Source: Clostridia bacterium
GTDB taxonomy: Bacteria; Bacillota; Clostridia; DUPQ01
NCBI GenBank assembly: GCA_030592085.1
Contig: JAUUZV010000001.1
Coordinates: 807 to 64,806 of the forward strand
DNA: 64,000 nucleotides
Direction of reading: 5' to 3'
Every line of letters begins with the position of its first letter. Position 1 is the first letter of the stretch. The notes beneath the pieces were generated by a model. That model was not told the origin of the DNA, made no database searches, and saw only the letters and a list, made by a program, of their open reading frames with translations. A program made the position numbers and the translations under genes. Below are positions 57,078 to 64,000 of the stretch, in pieces.

Positions 57078-59584
57078 CGTTTCCTCATTATAACAACAAA
57101 AACTGTAAAAAGTATCACAATAAATGCTATTATTAATCCTACTAAAAACGTATTATCTGTAAGTATGTTTTCTTGATTAACAACAGGCTCACTAACCGTA
57201 CTATTTATATCCGTAATTGCAAATGCTGATTGTGGAACTATTACAAAACTTAATAAAACGTTAACAAATAAAATAATAAAAATACCACTTATTACTTTAA
57301 CCATGATAGATGCATTAGCAAATCTCAATAATAATACAGCACCACCAATAATTAAAATTGTAAAAATATAAAATGGAATATTCAATGATAATATAGGTAT
57401 TTTAGCTGTCAAAGCTTTAATAGTATTACTACCAAAATTACCCATTATTTCTAAAAAATTAAACTGTTTTACTACTGGATTATAAGTTATTGGAATTGTT
57501 ATACTTTGACAAACATCAAAGGTTATTATTAATTGGCTTTCAATACTTTCAAGCCCTCTATAATTTCTAAGAACGCTTATTTCTTGCTCTGAATTGCCAG
57601 CAATAATAGCAGTTGCTCCGCGCACTTCAAAATTATCATTGCTTATTGTGTAAGATGGTATTACTGAAGTATCTTCACCATTTTTAAGATCAACTTTTAA
57701 TACTAATGTATTCTGAAAAAATTCTAATTCTTTAGGTTTAACTTCAAAATTACAATCTTTTTTTTGTACTGTTGGTGTGCCACTACCACCACTACTAGGA
57801 GCTGATGGTGTTGGATCTGCTGAAATTATAATATTTATATCAACTGCTGATGTGTTTGTATTACCTGAATCATCTGAACAATAAGCATACTCCCAAACTA
57901 AAACCCCTGTACCATAACTACTCATAGATAATGTTCTACTAACAGTATCATTTACTTTTGTGTCTGTGTTAGTAACATTAAATCGTGGAATACCTAAATC
58001 AGATTTATAAAATTGAAATATACAAGCATTTGCTGACACTGTTGATATTGAATCTATAACCGTTGCATAAAATGTAATAGTATCACTTATATAAACGCTA
58101 GTTGATGATGTAGTAAAATTAGTAGCGTTTGGTGGTGTAACATCTCCAATAGTAACCGTATCATTTACCCAATCACTCCAATTAAAACCATCAAATACTC
58201 TTGCTGAAGCTATCCAAATCTCATTAGCTGTTGTATTTCCAAAACCAATTGTTGTAAGATTTTCATAATCAATAGTAATATTATCATCTATATACCATAT
58301 TATTTGACTTTCTTGCCAAGTGTCATCATCTGCATCAAAAAAAGTAAGTGAAACATTCAAATCTTCATTTTCATTTAATGGTTTACCAATAATATCTATT
58401 TTTACTATAGGTATAGTCTTAGTAATTATTATAATTATTTCATCTGTCTGATTATTATTATTATAACTATCATTAGCAAAAATTTGATAAGCACACTCTG
58501 TAATATCAGAAGTATTTATTAAATCTTTTGTAATATTCATGCTATAAAATATACCAGAAACATCTATAGATGTATTTATCCAAACACCACCAGTACAATT
58601 CCAAGAAAATATTATATTAGATAAATCAGTATTTTCTGTAACATTTATTTGATATAAAATTGTATCATTTATTTTAGGAACTGTATTATTTATTGATATA
58701 GAAAATGTTGGAAATTGTTGCAAATTATATTCAATATAAACACTATCAATATCAATATCACCAACCTCTCCAGTAATATTTATTTCATATGAACAATTAT
58801 CAGTAGGACAGACATCATAAAAATTTATTAATCTAGTTGTTAAATTTATAGTATTTGTAGTATACCAATTTGAAGTATTTGAATAAAGTATTTCATCGTC
58901 TCCAACAATTACAACATTATCTGGAAGCCAATCATCCCTATAAGTTTTAAATTGATTAAAATAATCAATATATATGCCACGATTAGATTCTGGAAAAGTA
59001 AAATCAACTTGACTCATAGTAAAAGTCGAAGATGTTTTTATATTATTCCAATTTGAATTAAAACTAGCTTCTGTATATTCTGTATTTGATGTCATGCTTT
59101 CCATTGTTATTAGTGAAGTACTTCTTATAGAACCAGCAGCAGACCCATCACCAGTTATAACTTTTAATATAACATCAGAATCTGTCGCATTAAAACATCT
59201 ATCAGCAGAACATCCATATACACAATCTGCCATGGTTATTGTTACAGTATTGCCACCATTCCAAGAATCATCCTCGTCATATACATAATTGTTATCATCT
59301 GCTGTTGTAGATGCACAATTACCACTATCACCAGTAACAGATGCACAACTTTTTGTACACCCAGTCCTACCAGATACATTATTATAATAGTCACCACCTA
59401 CAACTATATTAGCTGTAATTATTTCAACATTTGCTGGAAGATTTATCCATGTATAATTATATACACCAACTCCAGTATATCTATAATTTTTAGAACTTGA
59501 ACTATCATTAAATGTTGTTAATGTTAGCGCTGTCACCTGTGAACATATAAAAATTAATAATATAAATAATACTAATTTATTCAT
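57074..59584 (-). CDS. large secreted surface protein (836 aa) ending in the conserved anchoring module
   Basis: Signal MNKLVLFILLIFICSQVTA, a Cys-rich sequon-rich ectodomain, and a C-terminal domain plus TM region homologous to ORF 56175..57077. Confidence 0.55.
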   Translation of the reverse strand: MNKLVLFILLIFICSQVTALTLTTFNDSSSSKNYRYTGVGVYNYTWINLPANVEIITANIVVGGDYYNNVSGRTGCTKSCASVTGDSGNCASTTADDNNYVYDEDDSWNGGNTVTITMADCVYGCSADRCFNATDSDVILKVITGDGSAAGSIRSTSLITMESMTSNTEYTEASFNSNWNNIKTSSTFTMSQVDFTFPESNRGIYIDYFNQFKTYRDDWLPDNVVIVGDDEILYSNTSNWYTTNTINLTTRLINFYDVCPTDNCSYEINITGEVGDIDIDSVYIEYNLQQFPTFSISINNTVPKINDTILYQINVTENTDLSNIIFSWNCTGGVWINTSIDVSGIFYSMNITKDLINTSDITECAYQIFANDSYNNNNQTDEIIIIITKTIPIVKIDIIGKPLNENEDLNVSLTFFDADDDTWQESQIIWYIDDNITIDYENLTTIGFGNTTANEIWIASARVFDGFNWSDWVNDTVTIGDVTPPNATNFTTSSTSVYISDTITFYATVIDSISTVSANACIFQFYKSDLGIPRFNVTNTDTKVNDTVSRTLSMSSYGTGVLVWEYAYCSDDSGNTNTSAVDINIIISADPTPSAPSSGGSGTPTVQKKDCNFEVKPKELEFFQNTLVLKVDLKNGEDTSVIPSYTISNDNFEVRGATAIIAGNSEQEISVLRNYRGLESIESQLIITFDVCQSITIPITYNPVVKQFNFLEIMGNFGSNTIKALTAKIPILSLNIPFYIFTILIIGGAVLLLRFANASIMVKVISGIFIILFVNVLLSFVIVPQSAFAITDINSTVSEPVVNQENILTDNTFLVGLIIAFIVILFTVFVVIMRKR

Positions 59585-60063
59585 TTATAATCACCATAAT
59601 AACTATAAACGTCTACCAATATCTCATCCAGTACTTTATAAAAACTTTCTTCATGATTATAAGACTCAATATAACTATAACCTTGAACTTCTTGTTGATA
59701 ATGTGTCACTTCATGTACCAATGTATTAAAACCACATCCATTTTCTGAAACAAGTATTTTTGATCCCCACATATAATAACCAACCCTATTATCACCAGAC
59801 CATGAAACTGAACAATCTTTACAATTAAGCCATTGAACAGAATCTAAAATATTTTTCTCTTCCATTATTTTTATAGTATTTAGCCCTTTTAAATATTTAA
59901 AAGGAATATCATATATATTACCTAGACAATCAGCTTTATCTATTTTATCACTATAAAATTTTATTTTTATTCCATTATAATCTATTGGTTTTATCCAAGC
60001 TGATACAGTTGTCACTAATAATAATATTATAATACATACACTCCATAATTTATTCATTTTCAT
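59581..60063 (-). CDS. secreted HExxH zinc-metalloprotease-like protein
   Basis: Signal MKMNKLWSVCIIILLLVTTVSA. NTLVHEVTHYQQE contains HExxH. Confidence 0.45.
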   Translation of the reverse strand: MKMNKLWSVCIIILLLVTTVSAWIKPIDYNGIKIKFYSDKIDKADCLGNIYDIPFKYLKGLNTIKIMEEKNILDSVQWLNCKDCSVSWSGDNRVGYYMWGSKILVSENGCGFNTLVHEVTHYQQEVQGYSYIESYNHEESFYKVLDEILVDVYSYYGDYK

Positions 60064-62583
60064 TTATTTTTTCTTTAATTTTATTATCAATGTTACTACT
60101 CCTATTAAAAGAAATCCCCCAACAATTAACCAAACCCACCAATAATTACCAGGACTACTAAATACCGGATCACAATTACGAGTTCCTCCATATTCTATAC
60201 AAATATCTACACAATCAAAATCACAACTTCCACCACAATCTCTGCCATCTTCGTCACCATCTACAATGTGATTATAACAATGATCTGGAGCTCGTTGTTT
60301 ACTACAATCTTTATCTTTTCCATAAGTCTCTAAACAAATTCCACCACAATCAATACCATCTTCATCTTGATTTTGTCTACCATCAAAACAACTAACACAA
60401 TCTTCTTTAACATCAACTAATTCTGAAACTGGTGGTCTATTCCTAAAGTCATAAATTTGAGCTATGTCAATTGGTTTACACCCAGGCCCCGAACTTCCAA
60501 ACTTACAAACATAATTACATACAGGTACATCAAGCCACACCATATTATTAATTTGTGCTGGTAAAATTAAATTTGGAAGATTTTTATAATCACATAAATA
60601 ATCATTTAAACTTACCATCTTCTTAAAATCAACACAAATTGGTTTTATATTTCCCATTTCAAGACATGATAGTGCACAATCTTTATTTCCGTCACATTGT
60701 CTAACACAGTCTTCATGTGCAATCATATCTAAAAACGCAATTCTTTTATCTTCAGTATTTATTAAATCATAATCAACACATTCTTGAAGATTTGTCAACC
60801 AAAACTCATCACTTTCACATGGCACTAATGGATATGATGTTGTGGCATAACATCCATATTCTGTAAATATCATTCTATCTTCTGGAATTCCATATTGATC
60901 ACACATTGGATTTATAACAACTCTAAATGTTTTACTATCAATGTTTTTTGGGTGTGATACAGACTTTACTGAAGCTATACAAGTTTGAATAATCCCTTCA
61001 CCACTAATTACTAACTCAGCTACACTTTTACTATCTGCTGCTATTGTTAATCTTTTACTTTGTTGTGATATTGCAAATGGACATTCTAAATTTACGTCAA
61101 AACTATCGTCTTCAGTTCCAGCATTTTTAACACCAATAAATATTTTACTAAGCATATTTGAATCAATACTAATATCAGTTGTTATACCATCAATAGCTAA
61201 ATTTTTATCATCTGAAATTCCTAAAATTTCTGGTTTTCCTTCTGGTATAAAAATTCCAACTTTACTTGCTCTAATAGTCAATTTCAATAATGGATAAACA
61301 ATACTTGTTTCTGTATCACATTCATATACATTTTTATCTTCATTAAAGAAACAGTCTCCTGTCTTAATTTCAGAATCTAAACTATGATACAAAGATTTTA
61401 AAGTGGTATATTTTGTAAATGTAGAATCTGCTCCAATTGCTGGATCGATAGCTGTTACTGTAGTTGGTGTAACAAGAGTATATGTATAATAATTATTATC
61501 TATTCTTGATAATTCATTTAAATTATCTAAATAGCTTTGAAAATTACTTCCTGCTCCATTATCTACCGTCTTAATTTCTTGTGTGTCTATATTTTTAATA
61601 AGAGCGTTATATATTGCAGGCTGAGGACAAAATTGTGTTCCTACTAAATTCCCTGCCCATTGAATCTTTCCTAATTCTCCTAATTCAACAACCATATCAT
61701 TCTCAGTAATTACTCCTTCAAAAATTTCTCCACTTTCTAGTGTTATTTTTACTCTTGCTTTATAACTTACTAAAGGTGTAGTAGAAATATCATAAACACC
61801 ATATTGTGGAAGTAAACTTATATGTTGAACTCTCCAGTCACCATTATCTACTGCAACACCCGTTGTAGCTATACTTTCAAAACAACAAAGACCAGGTTTT
61901 TCTTCCCATCCAGGTGGTAATTTTGATTGTACTATAGTATTACAATCACTACCACTACATACTCCACAGCCTTCATGATATGGAGGATGAGATCTACATA
62001 ATATTTGTTTTGAATTAGTTGAAAGTAATTGACATTCACCAGGAAGAACTGTATTACTTTCTTCTGGAAACCAACCACACCATTCACTATGAGTTCCTTG
62101 TGTAACCTGATCTAAATCAACCATCCGTTCGCAATTTTCTATTCCATCTTCTTGACAAGCATAAATTACATCATCTAAATCAACAGCTTGAAATGGACAT
62201 GGAAATCCTAAACATTGTTCTTGAATCCAATAATCATATAATTGGCCTATAACTTCATCACTTTTTTCAATATTATAATTACATGAAACATCATCCAAAT
62301 TAAATTCAATTTTAAATTTAGATGCAGGCACATTCTTTAAATTATATCTAACAATATCCTCAGCACTTATCTCACCTACAACACTTTCTGCACCCTGATT
62401 CATTGATAATGCAATCACCCATTCAGTACTTTCAGATGCCCCATAAGTTTCTACTGAATCAATAGAAAATATTGTAGCACCACCTTGAATAGTATCTATT
62501 GAAAATGGTTTAAATACTACTAAACCTAATAAAGCAACTAATAAAAGTACTATAAATATATTTCTGATTGCGTGTTTTGCCAT
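60064..62583 (-). CDS. very Cys-rich secreted type-I membrane protein (839 aa) with Asp-rich Ca-binding-like repeats
   Basis: Signal-anchor N-terminus. Dozens of Cys residues. Repeats include QDEDGIDCGGIC and GDEDGRDCGGSC. C-terminal TM followed by KLKKK. Confidence 0.5.
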   Translation of the reverse strand: MAKHAIRNIFIVLLLVALLGLVVFKPFSIDTIQGGATIFSIDSVETYGASESTEWVIALSMNQGAESVVGEISAEDIVRYNLKNVPASKFKIEFNLDDVSCNYNIEKSDEVIGQLYDYWIQEQCLGFPCPFQAVDLDDVIYACQEDGIENCERMVDLDQVTQGTHSEWCGWFPEESNTVLPGECQLLSTNSKQILCRSHPPYHEGCGVCSGSDCNTIVQSKLPPGWEEKPGLCCFESIATTGVAVDNGDWRVQHISLLPQYGVYDISTTPLVSYKARVKITLESGEIFEGVITENDMVVELGELGKIQWAGNLVGTQFCPQPAIYNALIKNIDTQEIKTVDNGAGSNFQSYLDNLNELSRIDNNYYTYTLVTPTTVTAIDPAIGADSTFTKYTTLKSLYHSLDSEIKTGDCFFNEDKNVYECDTETSIVYPLLKLTIRASKVGIFIPEGKPEILGISDDKNLAIDGITTDISIDSNMLSKIFIGVKNAGTEDDSFDVNLECPFAISQQSKRLTIAADSKSVAELVISGEGIIQTCIASVKSVSHPKNIDSKTFRVVINPMCDQYGIPEDRMIFTEYGCYATTSYPLVPCESDEFWLTNLQECVDYDLINTEDKRIAFLDMIAHEDCVRQCDGNKDCALSCLEMGNIKPICVDFKKMVSLNDYLCDYKNLPNLILPAQINNMVWLDVPVCNYVCKFGSSGPGCKPIDIAQIYDFRNRPPVSELVDVKEDCVSCFDGRQNQDEDGIDCGGICLETYGKDKDCSKQRAPDHCYNHIVDGDEDGRDCGGSCDFDCVDICIEYGGTRNCDPVFSSPGNYWWVWLIVGGFLLIGVVTLIIKLKKK

Positions 62584-62637
62584 TTTTAATCATCTCCATA
62601 ATTTTGTTTGAATACTTATGATTGTGAATTTATTAAT

Positions 62638-62666
62638 TTAAAAAATAAAAAAAATAATTAAAATAA
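62638..62666 (-). terminator. oligo-T tract 3' of gene 62669..63007
   Basis: ttaaaaaataaaaaaaataattaaaataaa on the plus strand. Same element type as at 8847, 10881 and 12759. Confidence 0.4.
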
Positions 62667-62668
62667 AT

Positions 62669-63007
62669 TTATTCTAATTTTGCTGCTAAAGTTGTTACTG
62701 CAACAGGTATTGCTACAGGTACGCTTAAAAATGCAATTCTAGATAGAACAGCTTCTAAAACAATACCAATACCAGGTAGAATTGATAATATTCCACCACC
62801 AATTCCAAGCACAAGTGCTGAAACCATAACTGCAGTCACTTCTCCTTTTGCGATATTTAGCAGACCAATTAATAGACCAGCTACAACTAACACAATAGGA
62901 ACCCACATTATTTCAGGCATAACATTAAGACCCTCAAGCAATCCAACTATAATCGCACCGATAAAGCCTACAATGTATAATATACCACTTAATCCAAGTT
63001 TATTCAT
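62669..63007 (-). CDS. small polytopic membrane protein (Gly/Ala/Leu-rich, 3 TM)
   Basis: 112-aa hydrophobic ORF followed by an oligo-T element. Confidence 0.4.
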   Translation of the reverse strand: MNKLGLSGILYIVGFIGAIIVGLLEGLNVMPEIMWVPIVLVVAGLLIGLLNIAKGEVTAVMVSALVLGIGGGILSILPGIGIVLEAVLSRIAFLSVPVAIPVAVTTLAAKLE

Positions 63008-63327
63008 TTTATTTTTCGCCTCCTTTAGTTTTTATGTTTTTTCATTAGTATTGCTGCTATTATAACTAATATCATTGCAACAACACTTAGCAAGAAAAAA
63101 ATAACTTCCTTACTTAATGTAATATCTAAATTCATTTTATTTTAGTTCACCTCACTGAAGCTTAATAAGATGTTTTAAAATATCTACTACTGATATTATC
63201 AATAACAATAATATATACAATACAAAATCTGGTAATCCATAAACATTTTGTAAAAATATAACTACCGCAGCTGTTGATAAAATCCAACCAAGCCAATGTT
63301 TCCAATCAAATATTAATTCTTTTATGT

Positions 63328-64000
63328 TCATTTTATTACTCCTGTAAAATCCAAGATTATTTTTTGGTCTTGTGTATATTCATATCCATATCTATCTTTT
63401 AATAATGATTGAAAGAATGTTTTCCAATGATTTCTGTTAGCATTAGTCTTTGAATGACAACTATTACATAAAGTAACAAGATTTTGTGGAAAACTATTTT
63501 TTTTATCATAATCCACATGATGTATATGTATTTTCCTATTCAATAATATTAAATCATCAAATGAAATATTACACACCAAACATATCATATCTCGTTCTTT
63601 TATTTTTCGCTTGATTTTTTTATTAAAATCTAATGTATATGGTTCATATGATTTACCACCCTGCCAATTACCAGGCAAAAAACCATTTTTCAATCTATGA
63701 TTTTGACTCATTAATTGTCTAATTTTATCTGAATGATTTTTATTTTTCATACCATAATTATCGATTTTTTTATGACACTCAATTATAGACTTACTTAATT
63801 GTTTTAACCTATCGTCAACTTCTTTATTTAACCCTTTACTCCAAGGTATAATATTTCCACTAGCATATTTTTCTTTTTGTTTAACACTAAATGCTTCTCG
63901 TTTTTCCTTACTCCATTTATTGCCAAAATTTGGATTATTCTCGCCTAATTGTGTAATTTTAGCATATTCATGATAACATTTTTGATTACAATAATTATCT
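63328..64000 (-). CDS. HNH homing endonuclease with NUMOD3-like N-terminal repeat; its 5' end lies beyond the window
   Basis: The HNH core is CLVCN..(n)..HIHHVDYDKKNSFPQNLVTLCNSCHSKTN. The frame stays open upstream of the annotated Met to the window edge and encodes GENNPNFGNKWSKEKREAFS, a NUMOD3-like segment. Confidence 0.55.
   Translation of the reverse strand, partial: DNYCNQKCYHEYAKITQLGENNPNFGNKWSKEKREAFSVKQKEKYASGNIIPWSKGLNKEVDDRLKQLSKSIIECHKKIDNYGMKNKNHSDKIRQLMSQNHRLKNGFLPGNWQGGKSYEPYTLDFNKKIKRKIKERDMICLVCNISFDDLILLNRKIHIHHVDYDKKNSFPQNLVTLCNSCHSKTNANRNHWKTFFQSLLKDRYGYEYTQDQKIILDFTGVIK

Noticed and set aside
7127-59288. Multiple track ORFs antisense within long genes (7127-7396, 7411-7767, 8926-9120, 11400-11603, 14235-14441, 15435-15626, 18228-18437, 23111-23434, 26832-27092, 29306-29812, 34244-34507, 38823-39059, 49599-49853, 51570-51905, 54959-55150, 56401-56610, 59094-59288)
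   Set aside because: Each is fully embedded in the opposite strand of a larger ORF with motif support, or has low-complexity composition. They are treated as spurious.
1-64000. CRISPR array, rRNA, integrase-type attachment repeats at window ends
   Set aside because: No regularly spaced repeat-spacer array is present. No rRNA-like GC-rich conserved stretches are present. Terminal repeats could not be assessed within a single window.

Overview
This 64 kb window is strongly AT-rich and gene-dense. Most ORFs have no recognisable function, and the window looks like a virus or other mobile element rather than core chromosome. Strong GGAGG-type ribosome-binding sites place it in a prokaryote. Several features point to an archaeal host: conserved oligo-T runs without hairpins after highly expressed-looking genes, a histone-fold-like protein, an MptA/FolE2-type GTP cyclohydrolase, a family B DNA polymerase split into two genes, a class-III (pilin-like) signal peptide and an Hjc-like nuclease. 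A low-GC bacterial phage cannot be excluded.

The genes fall into three blocks by strand.

(i) 1-13.2 kb, minus strand. Many small membrane proteins and secreted Cys-rich C-terminally anchored proteins. It includes a JAB/MPN metalloprotease-like protein, and two paralogous secreted proteins flanking a CPBP/CAAX-type intramembrane protease.

(ii) 13.4-43.8 kb, plus strand. This is a replication and nucleotide-metabolism module:
- an AEP primase fused to a D5-like SF3 helicase, followed by a GC-rich iteron-like island (candidate origin);
- a 7-deazaguanine (preQ0/CDG) biosynthesis set (QueD, QueE, FolE2) together with a Gpt-like purine phosphoribosyltransferase and a dCTP-deaminase/dUTPase-family enzyme;
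- a split family B DNA polymerase (exonuclease and polymerase halves as adjacent genes overlapping in TAATG);
- a ThiF/E1-like adenylyltransferase next to a 702-aa Asn-rich protein;
- a histone-fold-like protein and a Myb/SANT-like protein;
- zinc ribbons, HTH regulators, a 44-bp tandem-repeat array and paralogous small proteins.

(iii) 43.8-64 kb, minus strand. Envelope and surface genes:
- a GT2 glycosyltransferase;
- a small serine recombinase with a 330-bp upstream intergenic region;
- very large secreted Cys-rich type-I membrane proteins of 1342, 836 and 839 aa, two of which share a conserved C-terminal membrane-anchoring module;
- an HExxH metalloprotease-like secreted protein;
- an HNH/NUMOD homing endonuclease running off the window end.

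No capsid, portal, terminase or CRISPR array could be recognised. Every assignment rests on motif-level reading of the translations and needs confirmation by profile searches.
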